From Geopsychrobacteraceae bacterium (GTDB taxonomy: Bacteria > Desulfobacterota > Desulfuromonadia > Desulfuromonadales > Geopsychrobacteraceae): 64,000 nt of DNA. Positions within the stretch are counted from its first letter, which is position 1, and each line of letters begins with the position of its first letter. This document shows, one piece after another, positions 16,850-26,169 of the stretch. Location: positions 950,419 through 1,014,418 of the forward strand of contig OY782666.1 in the NCBI GenBank assembly GCA_963678035.1. Reading direction: 5' to 3'. A program made the translations under genes and the position numbers. The notes below the pieces were generated by a model that searched no databases, was not told where the DNA came from, and saw only the letters and a program-made list of their open reading frames with translations.

Positions 16850-18442
16850 ATGTCTATTACAGGAAAATTGTTAATCAACGGAGAATGGGTGACAGGCCAA
16901 TCCGGAACTTATCAGGCTGTTAATCCGGCAAGCGGCGCAAAGCTTGAACCGGTCCTGAGTAAAGCTTCTTCTGCCCAGGTTGATGCCGCTGTTGCCGCAG
17001 CCGCGGCCTGTGCCGCCGAATTTCGCCGCTGCTCACTGGCCAAACGAGCTGAATTCCTGCGCGCTTGCGCAACCGAGATCATGGCCCTTGGTGATGAGCT
17101 GGTACAACGGGCCATTGCCGAAACCGGGCTGCCGCAGGGGCGTATCGAAGGGGAGCGTGGCCGGACCTGCTTCCAGCTGAATATGTTTGCCGATGTCGTA
17201 GAAGCCGGGGATTTTCTTGATGTCCGCATCGACACCGCCATGCCGGACCGGCAGCCTTTGCCGCGGCCGGATCTGCGCTACATGAACCAGGCCATCGGCC
17301 CGGTGGTGGTGTTTGGCGCCAGTAACTTTCCGCTGGCTTTTTCGGTGGCCGGCGGTGATACCGCTTCGGCTTTTGCCGCCGGTTGCCCAGTCCTGGTCAA
17401 AGGGCATTCCTCCCACCCCGGCACCAGCGAGCTAATGGCCCAAGCAATTGACAATGCGATTAAGAAAACCGGTCTGCCGGCCGGAGTGTTCTCTTTGCTG
17501 ATGGGCGCCGGTCGCGAAGTCGGCAGCGCCTTGATGGTGGCACCGGAAGTCAAGGCGGTCGGGTTTACCGGTTCCTTCAGCGGCGGCATGACCCTGGTCA
17601 AACTGGCTAATGATCGCCCGGAGCCGATTCCGGTCTTTACCGAGATGGGCAGTCAGAATCCGGTTATTCTACTCCCCAAAAAGCTCGCCAGTGAAGCCGA
17701 ACAGGTCGCCGAAGCATTTGTCACCTCGCTGAATATGGGGGTCGGTCAGTTTTGTACCAACCCGGGCCTGGTGCTGGGGATTGCCGGGCCGGAGCTGGAT
17801 CGTTTCGTCAAGGCCGCCGAGGAATGTCTGGCCAAACAACCGGCCGGAGTCATGCTCAACCAGGGTATTCAGGATGCTTATAACGAAGGTGTGGCAACTA
17901 TCTCCAGTCAACGCGGCGTGACCTGCAATGCCGTCGGCGAAAGTCATCAGGGGAAGACTGGTTTCTGCGGTCAGCCAACCTTGCTGACGGTTTCCGCGAG
18001 TGACTTCATTGCCAATGCGGCCCTGACCGAAGAGATGTTCGGGCCGGCCTCGCTGCTGGTCAAGTGTAAAGACCTCGCTGAACTGGAAGCTGTCGTGTCC
18101 AGTCTTAAGGGGCAACTAACTGGCACGATTCAGACTGCGCCCGGAGAAATGAGTGAATACCCGGACCTGATCGACCTGCTCAATACCAGAGTCGGCCGAT
18201 TGCTGGTCAACGGTTACCCCACCGGTGTGGAAGTCTGTCATGCCATGGTTCACGGCGGTCCGTTCCCGGCCGCCAGCGATGTACGCTTTACCTCGGTGGG
18301 TTCCGCTGCCATCTATCGCTTCCTGCGGCCGGTCTGCCTGCAGAACTATCCGTCGGAACTGTTTCCTGAGCCGCTCCAGGACAGCAACCCTCTTAATATC
18401 TGGCGGTTGGTGAACGGCAACCGGACCAGGGACGCCATCTGA
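16850..18442 (+). CDS. NAD(P)+ aldehyde dehydrogenase of the alpha-ketoglutaric semialdehyde (2,5-dioxovalerate) dehydrogenase type
   Basis: About 530-aa ALDH with FGASNFPLAFS, GCPVLVKGHSSHPGTS, FTEMGSQNP, GQFCTNPG and EMFGP. This is the long KGSADH-like ALDH subgroup. ATG 16850 follows an aaaggag SD. Confidence 0.8.
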   Translation: MSITGKLLINGEWVTGQSGTYQAVNPASGAKLEPVLSKASSAQVDAAVAAAAACAAEFRRCSLAKRAEFLRACATEIMALGDELVQRAIAETGLPQGRIEGERGRTCFQLNMFADVVEAGDFLDVRIDTAMPDRQPLPRPDLRYMNQAIGPVVVFGASNFPLAFSVAGGDTASAFAAGCPVLVKGHSSHPGTSELMAQAIDNAIKKTGLPAGVFSLLMGAGREVGSALMVAPEVKAVGFTGSFSGGMTLVKLANDRPEPIPVFTEMGSQNPVILLPKKLASEAEQVAEAFVTSLNMGVGQFCTNPGLVLGIAGPELDRFVKAAEECLAKQPAGVMLNQGIQDAYNEGVATISSQRGVTCNAVGESHQGKTGFCGQPTLLTVSASDFIANAALTEEMFGPASLLVKCKDLAELEAVVSSLKGQLTGTIQTAPGEMSEYPDLIDLLNTRVGRLLVNGYPTGVEVCHAMVHGGPFPAASDVRFTSVGSAAIYRFLRPVCLQNYPSELFPEPLQDSNPLNIWRLVNGNRTRDAI

Positions 18443-18542
18443 TTTATGGCTGATTAAATGTGCTTTTCGGAACGGTTGCTTGGCAGGCGACCGTTCCGGA
18501 AAAAAATATTTTTACTCCCGTTTATAACCCGACAGGATAACC

Positions 18543-19391
18543 ATGAAGTTATTGCGCTATGGAGCAAAAGGGCAGGAGAAACCCGCCATCCTGGACCGGG
18601 AAGGGCAGATTCGTGATTTGTCCGGCCAGGTGAAAGACATTGCGGCGGCTGCGCTCTCGCCTGACGAATTGGCCCGCATTGCCGCCCTGGATCTTGAGCG
18701 TCTTCCCCTTGTGACCGGCTCTCCGCGGCTTGGCCCCTGTGTCGGCCAGGTCGGTAAATTCCTCTGCATCGGCCTGAACTATTCCGATCATGCTGCCGAA
18801 TCCGGCATGGCCATTCCGGCTGAACCCGTTCTGTTTATGAAAGCAACCAGCGCCATTGCCGGACCGGCAGACGATGTGGTGATCCCGCGCGGAGCGCAGA
18901 AGACCGATTGGGAAGTCGAACTCGGAGTGGTTATCGGCACACGGGCCTCCTATGTCAGTGAAAAGGACGCCCTGCAACATGTCGCCGGTTACTGTGTGGT
19001 CAATGATCTGAGTGAGCGGGCCTATCAGCTGGAAGGAACCGGACAGTGGGTCAAAGGCAAGTCCTGCGACGGTTTTGGTCCCTTGGGTCCCTGGTTGGTG
19101 ACTCGGGATGAAGTCCCGGATCCCCAGAACCTGCAGTTGTGGCTTGACCTCAATGAGCAACGTTATCAGGAGGGCTCAACCGCCAGGATGATCTTTGGGG
19201 TGGCGGAGATCATCAGTTATTTAAGTCGCTATATGACCTTGTACCCGGGCGATGTCATTTCCACCGGAACGCCTCCCGGAGTCGGCATGGGCCTGCGGCC
19301 GCCGCGTTATCTTCGCCCCGGTGATCGGTTGCGGCTCGGCATTGTCGGGCTGGGCGAGCAAAATCAGGTTTGTGTTGAACATTCATTTTAA
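18543..19391 (+). CDS. Fumarylacetoacetate hydrolase (FAH) family protein, 282 aa (2,4-diketo-3-deoxy-acid hydrolase / 2-keto-4-pentenoate hydratase-like)
   Basis: KFLCIGLNYSDHA, PVLFMKA, DWEVELGVVIG, GKSCDGFGPLGPWLVT, LYPGDVISTGTPPGVG. These are the canonical short-FAH motifs. Confidence 0.85.
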   Translation: MKLLRYGAKGQEKPAILDREGQIRDLSGQVKDIAAAALSPDELARIAALDLERLPLVTGSPRLGPCVGQVGKFLCIGLNYSDHAAESGMAIPAEPVLFMKATSAIAGPADDVVIPRGAQKTDWEVELGVVIGTRASYVSEKDALQHVAGYCVVNDLSERAYQLEGTGQWVKGKSCDGFGPLGPWLVTRDEVPDPQNLQLWLDLNEQRYQEGSTARMIFGVAEIISYLSRYMTLYPGDVISTGTPPGVGMGLRPPRYLRPGDRLRLGIVGLGEQNQVCVEHSF

Positions 19392-19589
19392 ACGAGTAGC
19401 CTTGAACACTTGGCATGCTGTTCAAAAACACCTGGCGAGCCTATGGCAGGGCGATCAAAATCGATGGCCATTTTCCAGGGCATTGATTTTGTAAACAGGT
19501 TTTTTTACCGAGCTTGAAAAAGGCCAGGGATGAACTTTTTAACTGTCTGTTAGTGTCGGTTGTCACGATTGCCCAGAGGAGAGTCGCTC

Positions 19590-20768
19590 ATGCCCTTTGA
19601 ATTACATCCTGAAACTATCCTTCCCGTCGATGCTCACCAGGCCACCTTGATCGGTCGTGTTTGGCTGCCCGAACCTGTTGCCGGCCCGGCAGTGGTCTTG
19701 GTGCGTGGTCAAGATGTTATCGATATCTCCGGTTTCGCGCCGACGGTTTCAACCCTGCTGGAGAAGTCCGGGCTAGTGCAGGAACTGGCGACTCTTGAAG
19801 GTCCGCTGATCGGTTCCGTCAGTGCGCTGCTGGCCAACAGTTCGGCCGATCGCCGGGATCCTGGCCAGCCGTATTTTCTGACTCCCATCGATCTGCAGGC
19901 GATCAAGGCCTGCGGGGTGACCTTTGTGGTCAGCATGCTGGAGCGGGTCATCGAAGAACAAGCCAAGGGCGATCCCCAGGCCGCGGCAAGTATCCGCGAG
20001 ACCATCAACGCCGAAATCGGCAGCGATCTGGCTGCGGTTGTGCCTGGCTCGGCCGCAGCGGACAGGCTTAAGCAGGCTCTGCAGCAACGTGGGGTCTGGT
20101 CTCAGTATCTTGAGGTGGGGATCGGTCCCTATGCCGAGGTCTTCACCAAAGCCCAGCCCATGTCTGCGGTTGGTATCGGCGCCGAGATCGGCATCCATCC
20201 GGAATCGACCTGGAATAATCCCGAACCCGAGGTGGTCCTGGTCGTCAATTCCAGCGGGGTTATCGTTGGCGTGACCCTGGGTAACGATGTCAACCTGCGT
20301 GACTTTGAGGGGCGCAGCGCCCTGTTGCTGGGGCGAGCCAAGGACAATAACGCCTCCACCGCGCTGGGACCCTTCATCCGAGTCCTGGATGAGAACTTTT
20401 CCCTGGACGATGTGCGCAACCTTGAGCTGGCCATGAAAGTGACCGGGGACGATGGTTTTGTCCTGAGCGACGGCAGCAATATGAGTAAAATCAGCCGTGA
20501 TCCGGCCGACCTTGTGAAGCAGACCATCAGCCGAAATCATCAATATCCGGACGGCTTGGTCCTGTTTACCGGGACCCTGTTTGCTCCAACCTATGACCGG
20601 GATGCCGCCGGCATGGGCTTCACCCATAAGGTTGGTGATATGGTTACGATCTCAACTCCTCGCCTTGGGGCGTTGATCAATCGCGTGAATGTGACTGTTG
20701 CTGCGCCGCCCTGGACCTTTGGAACCGGGCAGCTGATGAAAAATCTGGCCCAGCGCGGTTTGTTATAA
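19590..20768 (+). CDS. Long FAH-family protein (about 392 aa), XylX-like candidate 2-keto-3-deoxy-pentonate dehydratase
   Basis: C-terminal FAH-fold features (EPEVVLVVN, GVTLGNDVNLRDFEG, LGRAKDNNAS, LFTGTLFAP) with a long N-terminal extension, as I recall for Caulobacter XylX-type enzymes. ATG 19590 preceded by agaggagag. Confidence 0.65.
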   Translation: MPFELHPETILPVDAHQATLIGRVWLPEPVAGPAVVLVRGQDVIDISGFAPTVSTLLEKSGLVQELATLEGPLIGSVSALLANSSADRRDPGQPYFLTPIDLQAIKACGVTFVVSMLERVIEEQAKGDPQAAASIRETINAEIGSDLAAVVPGSAAADRLKQALQQRGVWSQYLEVGIGPYAEVFTKAQPMSAVGIGAEIGIHPESTWNNPEPEVVLVVNSSGVIVGVTLGNDVNLRDFEGRSALLLGRAKDNNASTALGPFIRVLDENFSLDDVRNLELAMKVTGDDGFVLSDGSNMSKISRDPADLVKQTISRNHQYPDGLVLFTGTLFAPTYDRDAAGMGFTHKVGDMVTISTPRLGALINRVNVTVAAPPWTFGTGQLMKNLAQRGLL

Positions 20769-20792
20769 ACCAGAGGTGAGGAGATAGACACG

Positions 20793-21569
20793 ATGTTCAG
20801 AGAAAATCAGTTAAAGAAGAAACTTCAACTCGGCCAACCCGCTTTTTCTTTTTGGCTGCACACCGCCAGTCCGATGGTCGCTGAAATTCTGGCGTTGAGC
20901 GGCTATGACGGCGCCATTATCGATCTGGAGCATGGGCCGGATAATTACCTGAGTGCCACCAGCCACATACAGGCCATGAGCGCAGCTTCGACCTGCCCGA
21001 TTATCCGGGTGCCCTGGAACGACCCGGTGGAAATCAAGCGGGCCCTCGATACCGGGGTCGAAGGAATCATGATCCCGGAAGTCAACAGCGTGGCCGAAGC
21101 TGAGGCCGCGGTCACCGCCTGTCACTATCCGCCGCGCGGCAAACGGGGGGTCGCCAGCGTTCTTAACCGGGCGTCATCCTACGGGCTGCAGGTCAGTGAC
21201 TACGAGAAAACCTGCGGGCAGGAGCTGTTGGTTATCGCGCAGATCGAAAGTCTCAAGGCAGTGGCCAATCTGGAACAGATCGCCGCGGTCGACGGTATCG
21301 ACGTCCTCTTCATTGGACCCAGCGATCTCTCCGGAGATTGCGGTAAAGTCCACGATTTTAACAATCCGGTCTTTGTCGATGCCCTGGACCGGGCCGAACG
21401 GATCATCAAAAAGAGCGATAAGTTCCTCGGTGGCCTGCCGCGTGGCTGCGATCCCGCCACGGCGATGCTGGAGCGGGGCTATGACTTCATCATTTCCGCA
21501 TCCGATGTCCTGCTGTTGCGAGATGCCGCGTTGCATGATCTACAGACCGTCCGCGGTTCCTTGCCCTGA
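20793..21569 (+). CDS. HpcH/HpaI-family class II aldolase (2-keto-3-deoxy-acid aldolase; GarL/RhmA-like)
   Basis: SGYDGAIIDLEHGP, IIRVPWNDP, KRALDTGVEGIMIPEV, YPPRGKRG, IAQIES, IDVLFIGPSDLS. Confidence 0.85.
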   Translation: MFRENQLKKKLQLGQPAFSFWLHTASPMVAEILALSGYDGAIIDLEHGPDNYLSATSHIQAMSAASTCPIIRVPWNDPVEIKRALDTGVEGIMIPEVNSVAEAEAAVTACHYPPRGKRGVASVLNRASSYGLQVSDYEKTCGQELLVIAQIESLKAVANLEQIAAVDGIDVLFIGPSDLSGDCGKVHDFNNPVFVDALDRAERIIKKSDKFLGGLPRGCDPATAMLERGYDFIISASDVLLLRDAALHDLQTVRGSLP

Positions 21570-21599
21570 GCGAATTCATCCTTTCCGGAGGTTTTGATT

Positions 21600-22517
21600 A
21601 TGGACACTCCTGCCCAGCAGCAAACAGTCGGCGTTATCGGCCTGGGTTCCATGGGGATGGGCAGTGCCCTGGCCCTGCATGAAGCCGGGTTTGACGTCAT
21701 CGGTTATGATGTCAGTGCCGCCGCCCGTGAGAAATTCAGCGCCGCCGGTGCGCGGGTCGCTGAGAATCCGGCCGCAGTCGCTGCTGCCGCTGAGATCATT
21801 TTTGTGGTGGTGGTGAACTCGGATCAGGTCGATGCGGTCCTGTTCGGCGCGGATTCGGTCTCGACAACCATGGCCGCGGGCGGACTGGTTATCCAATGCG
21901 CTACGGTGGCACCGAGCTACGCCCGTTCGTTGGGAAAACGGCTTGCGGAAAAGCAGCTCGAACTGCTTGATGCACCAATCAGCGGCGGCTCGGTGAAAGC
22001 CCGCCAGGGGAAACTATCGGTGATGGCTTCTGGAGCGCCGGAGAATTTTGCCCGCGCAGCGGCTGTGCTGGAGGCGGTAGCTGAAAAGGTGTATCGCCTC
22101 GGGGATACACCTGGCGCCGGTTCCAGCGTCAAACTCGTCAATCAGCATCTGGCCGGGGTTCATATCGCCGCCGCGGCTGAAGCTATGGCTCTGGGGATTA
22201 GCATGGGGCTTGATCCCGCCACCCTTTATGAGGTGATCACCAATAGCGCCGGGAATTCCTGGATGTTTGAAAATCGGGTGCCGCATATTTTAGCCGGTGA
22301 TTACACCCCGCACAGTGCTGTCGATATTTTTGTCAAGGATCTCGGCATTGTCCATACCACCGGGCGAGAGCAGACCCTTCCGTTACCGCTGGCCGCTACG
22401 GCGCTGCAGCAGTTCACTGCCGCAAGTTCCGCCGGTCACGGTCGCGAAGATGACAGTGCCGTGATCAAGGTTTATGAGCATTTGAGTAAACTCAAATTGC
22501 CGGTCAAAAAAGATTGA
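21600..22517 (+). CDS. Beta-hydroxyacid dehydrogenase family oxidoreductase (tartronate-semialdehyde reductase / tetronate dehydrogenase-like)
   Basis: Rossmann motif VGVIGLGSMGMGSALAL, central DAPISGG, and a C-terminal helical domain (NQHLAGVHIAAAAEAMALG). Confidence 0.85.
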   Translation: MDTPAQQQTVGVIGLGSMGMGSALALHEAGFDVIGYDVSAAAREKFSAAGARVAENPAAVAAAAEIIFVVVVNSDQVDAVLFGADSVSTTMAAGGLVIQCATVAPSYARSLGKRLAEKQLELLDAPISGGSVKARQGKLSVMASGAPENFARAAAVLEAVAEKVYRLGDTPGAGSSVKLVNQHLAGVHIAAAAEAMALGISMGLDPATLYEVITNSAGNSWMFENRVPHILAGDYTPHSAVDIFVKDLGIVHTTGREQTLPLPLAATALQQFTAASSAGHGREDDSAVIKVYEHLSKLKLPVKKD

Positions 22518-22550
22518 GTTTTTTTTCAGTTTAGCAGCGGAGGATTTCCC

Positions 22551-23999
22551 ATGAGCACAGTTGTTTCAAAAGTAGAGCTGCTGGCTGGTCTGCCGGCCCT
22601 TGCCGATACCACGGCAATCCGGCAGCGAATTCTTGAGATTGTTGCTTCCAGCGGGCGCAAGGTTGTGGTGCTGGATGATGATCCGACCGGTTCACAGACC
22701 GTGCACGGCATCAAGGTCTTGACCGGCTGGGATGTGAAGATTCTGGAAGAGGCCCTGACCAGTCCAGAAAACGTATTTTATATTTTGACCAACAGCCGGG
22801 CTCTCGATGTGGACCAGGCCAGGGCTCTGAATAGGGAAATTGCCGTCAATCTGTGCCAGGCTTCGCGAAGCAGCGGGGTCGGCTTCGATATTGTCAGCCG
22901 CAGTGATTCAACCCTGCGTGGCCACTATCCCCTGGAACTGGATGTGCTGGAAGAGACCCTCAACACCGAAATGGGGACCAGCTTCGCCGGACATCTGCTG
23001 GTTCCGGCATTCTTTGAAGGCGGCCGCTACACCATCGGCAATATTCATTATGTGCAGAACGGTGCAGAGCTGATCCCGGCTGCGGAAACCGAGTTCGCCA
23101 AAGATGCCGTGTTTGGCTACAGTCACTCTGATATGGCTCAATATATCGAGGAAAAGACCGCCGGGCGCTGTCCGGCCGCGGCGGTCGTCGCTATCGGCAT
23201 TGATGATCTGAGAACCGGCGGAGCGGAGCGGGTGGCCAACATCCTGTTGCAGGCCGAAACGGGCAGCCGGATCTTCGTCAATGCCGCAGATTATGCTGAT
23301 CTGGACGTTTTTGTCCTCGGGCTGCTTCAGGCAGAACAGGCCGGACGCCGTTACCTGGTTCGCTCAAGCGCCTCTTTTGTCAAGGTGCGCGGCGCAGTGG
23401 TCGACAAACCCTATCTGACCAGGGATGAGGTTGCCCCGGCAGAAGGGCTGAACAATGGCGGACTGGTGGTGGTTGGCTCTTATGTCGGCAAGACCGGTCG
23501 GCAAATTAATTATGCCAAAAACATTGATAATCTAGATATTTTGGAAGTTAGAGTTGAAAAATTACTTGAAGAAGATTCCCGGCGCAAGGAGATTGCCCGG
23601 GTCCTTGGCGAGGTTGAAGCCGCTCTGACCAGGGGCACGGATATTATGATTTACACCAGCAGAACGCTGATCAAGACAGAGGATAAGCGGGCCAACCTCG
23701 ATATCGGTCAGAAAGTGTCTTCCGCGCTGGTCGAGATTGTGCAGCGGCTGACCGTTAAGCCGCGTTTCCTGATCGCCAAAGGGGGGATTACTTCGAGTGA
23801 TCTTGCCACCGAAGCCCTGGGAGTCAAATCGGCTCTGGTCATCGGCCAGGTTGCGCCGGGCATATCCGCCTGGCAATTACAGGCAGAAGCCAAATTCCCG
23901 GGCATGGCCTACATTGTTTTCCCCGGTAATGTCGGCACTGATCAGACCCTGGCGGAGGTGATCCGACTCCTCTCCGGAGAGCTTTCGGTCATCGCCTGA
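22551..23999 (+). CDS. DUF1537 'four-carbon acid sugar kinase' family protein (482 aa)
   Basis: N-terminal VVVLDDDPTGSQTV motif and two-domain length. C-terminal FLIAKGGITSSD / VFPGNVG nucleotide-binding-domain-like motifs. Confidence 0.75.
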   Translation: MSTVVSKVELLAGLPALADTTAIRQRILEIVASSGRKVVVLDDDPTGSQTVHGIKVLTGWDVKILEEALTSPENVFYILTNSRALDVDQARALNREIAVNLCQASRSSGVGFDIVSRSDSTLRGHYPLELDVLEETLNTEMGTSFAGHLLVPAFFEGGRYTIGNIHYVQNGAELIPAAETEFAKDAVFGYSHSDMAQYIEEKTAGRCPAAAVVAIGIDDLRTGGAERVANILLQAETGSRIFVNAADYADLDVFVLGLLQAEQAGRRYLVRSSASFVKVRGAVVDKPYLTRDEVAPAEGLNNGGLVVVGSYVGKTGRQINYAKNIDNLDILEVRVEKLLEEDSRRKEIARVLGEVEAALTRGTDIMIYTSRTLIKTEDKRANLDIGQKVSSALVEIVQRLTVKPRFLIAKGGITSSDLATEALGVKSALVIGQVAPGISAWQLQAEAKFPGMAYIVFPGNVGTDQTLAEVIRLLSGELSVIA

Positions 24000-24063
24000 T
24001 TGGCAATTGCCAACTTTGCGAAAGAGGTTTATGGTTTCGCTGTAGAGAAACCCTTTCCTTTGC

Positions 24064-24098
24064 CAGCGGGTCGGATTTTCGACCCGCTGTTTATTTTT
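24064..24098 (+). terminator. Rho-independent terminator after the DUF1537 kinase gene
   Basis: cagcgggtcg-gatttt-cgacccgctg followed by tttattttt. Confidence 0.7.
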
Positions 24099-24107
24099 GG
24101 ATTGAGC

Positions 24108-24989
24108 ATGAAATTAATCGATCTGTTGGCAGCGATTGCGGTCCCCATCATCTGGGGTAGCAACATCTCCATTATCAAGACGGCGGTTGCTGAATTTCCA
24201 CCGATTTTTTTGATCGGGCTGCGTTTTCTTCTGGTCGCGGCGTTACTGATCTGGTGGGTGCCAGTACCACGGAAACAGTTGCCCATGCTTGCGTTGCTCT
24301 CCTGTGCCTTCGGTGGTTTGCATTTCGGTTGCATCTTTTTCGGACTGAGGGAGGTCGATGCCTCTACCGTGGCAATTTTGAGCATGGTCGGAGTCCCTTT
24401 TTCGGTGCTGTTCGCCCGCATGATTCTGCAAGAGCGGTTCGGCTTGCGGAAACTCGTCGGCATGGCCATCGCTTTTGGCGGCGTGGTGCTTTTGTTCGGG
24501 GAGCCTGCCATCATGGCCAGCCCCTTGCACCTTGCTGTTGTGGTCATTGGGGTTATCGCCTGGGGACTGGGCAACACCCTGGTCAAACTGGTCGGACCGA
24601 TCAGCCCCTTTACCATGAACGCCTGGATGGGGCTGTTTGCCTCTGTTCAGCTGCTGGCGCTCTCTGCGGTCGTGGAAACCGGGCAGGTTGCTGCGCTGGT
24701 CAATGCCAGCGGCAAAGCCTGGTTGTGTCTTCTGTTCCTGGTTGTGGTCACGACCATCGGCGCTTATGGTCTCTGGTATTATCTGATCGGTAAATATGAT
24801 GTCAACAAGGTGGTGCCATTTACCCTGTTGACGCCGATTTTCGGGGTCGGGGCAGGGGCTTTTTTCCTTGGCGAACCTCTGACCTGGATGAAGCTGATCG
24901 GTGGGGTGATTACCCTGGCCGGGGTCGCCATTATTCAGTTGCGTTGGCGTAACAGGTTGTTAAAAAAGCCCGTCCCTGGCCTTTTTTAA
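24108..24989 (+). CDS. EamA/DMT-superfamily transporter
   Basis: Ten hydrophobic segments in two EamA-like halves (IIWGSNISIIK...). ATG 24108 lies downstream of the terminator, so the 24000 start is rejected. Confidence 0.85.
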   Translation: MKLIDLLAAIAVPIIWGSNISIIKTAVAEFPPIFLIGLRFLLVAALLIWWVPVPRKQLPMLALLSCAFGGLHFGCIFFGLREVDASTVAILSMVGVPFSVLFARMILQERFGLRKLVGMAIAFGGVVLLFGEPAIMASPLHLAVVVIGVIAWGLGNTLVKLVGPISPFTMNAWMGLFASVQLLALSAVVETGQVAALVNASGKAWLCLLFLVVVTTIGAYGLWYYLIGKYDVNKVVPFTLLTPIFGVGAGAFFLGEPLTWMKLIGGVITLAGVAIIQLRWRNRLLKKPVPGLF

Positions 24990-25194
24990 ACTCGTTAGAG
25001 GAACGTGCGATCCTCTTTACCTCCCATAATCAAGAGGTTAGAGAGTAGTCATTGATTTTTCTCGACCATCTATGGACTCCACAGGCTGCTTTTCAATAGC
25101 CCAGTAAATCCTATAACCGGTCAGCCAGGCTGTTCAATGCCCGGTTCGAGCCTGCGTAGACAATTGTTTTTCTGTAAGGACCTGTTTTTTCAAC

Positions 25195-26097
25195 ATGATC
25201 AATATTTTGGAAATTGCCTTTTTCGTTATCCTGGGGCTGCTGTTGCGGCGGCTCCGGCTTGATTCCGCACGTCTCGCCGCAATCTTGAACCGGGCCGCAG
25301 TTTATCTTGCCTTGCCCGCACTTATCCTGCTTAAGATCCCTGAACTTAATTTTTCTGTCGAGACCTTGATTATCGCCTTGTTTGCCTGGGGCATGGTCCT
25401 GATGTCGGTGCTGGTAATTCTTATTGCCGCGCGCAGATTGGCCTGGTCCAGGGCGGTCACCGGGACCTTGCTGATGGTTGTTCCCCTGGGCAATACCGGT
25501 TTTATGGGAGTACCGATGATCAAGGCCTTTTTCGGTGACGCTGGTTTGCCCCATCTGATTATTTACGATCAGCTGGGAACTTTGCTGATTCTGGTTAGTT
25601 ACGGTTCCTTTATCGCGGCGCGCTATGGTGACGGCCAACAGGGGATCGAGATCGGTACGCTGTTGCGAAGGATCTTTTTGTTTCCGCCGATGATTTCCTT
25701 CCTTGTTGCACTGACTTTGCGCGGTGTCGCTTACCCCCACGGGCTGGTCCTGCTCTTTCAGGCCGGGGCGCTGGCATTGACACCCCTGGTCATGACTGCC
25801 ATCGGGCTGCAACTGAAAGTCCGCATGAAAAGGAATATTCTGATCCCGTTCGGCTATGGCATGACGATCAAGTTGCTGCTGGCTCCACTCCTGGTGTTCC
25901 TGGTCTGCCGATTGTTTGGGCTGTCCGGACTGGCTTACGACGTGACTGTCCTGGAAGCTGGTATGCCACCGATGATTACCGCTGGAGCCATGGCGATTGC
26001 CGCGAAGATGGATGCCGACCTGGCTGTAGCCATGTCTGGACTCGGCATCGTGATCGCTTTTCTCAGCTTGCCTCTGATTTATTTTGTGCTAATTTAG
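25195..26097 (+). CDS. AEC (auxin efflux carrier) family transporter
   Basis: 300-aa polytopic protein with a typical AEC layout (LPALILLKI..., PLGNTGFMGVPM..., MPPMITAGAMA). Confidence 0.8.
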   Translation: MINILEIAFFVILGLLLRRLRLDSARLAAILNRAAVYLALPALILLKIPELNFSVETLIIALFAWGMVLMSVLVILIAARRLAWSRAVTGTLLMVVPLGNTGFMGVPMIKAFFGDAGLPHLIIYDQLGTLLILVSYGSFIAARYGDGQQGIEIGTLLRRIFLFPPMISFLVALTLRGVAYPHGLVLLFQAGALALTPLVMTAIGLQLKVRMKRNILIPFGYGMTIKLLLAPLLVFLVCRLFGLSGLAYDVTVLEAGMPPMITAGAMAIAAKMDADLAVAMSGLGIVIAFLSLPLIYFVLI

Positions 26098-26169
26098 CGC
26101 TGGAGAGTATCTCTATTTTAATAGATAGGTTGGTGGGGTGCTTTGCCCACCGGATTTGGAGAACGGTCA

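Noticed and set aside
24000-24107. Upstream start that would extend the EamA transporter by 36 residues.
   Set aside because: The extension spans a clear rho-independent terminator (24064-24098) belonging to the preceding operon.
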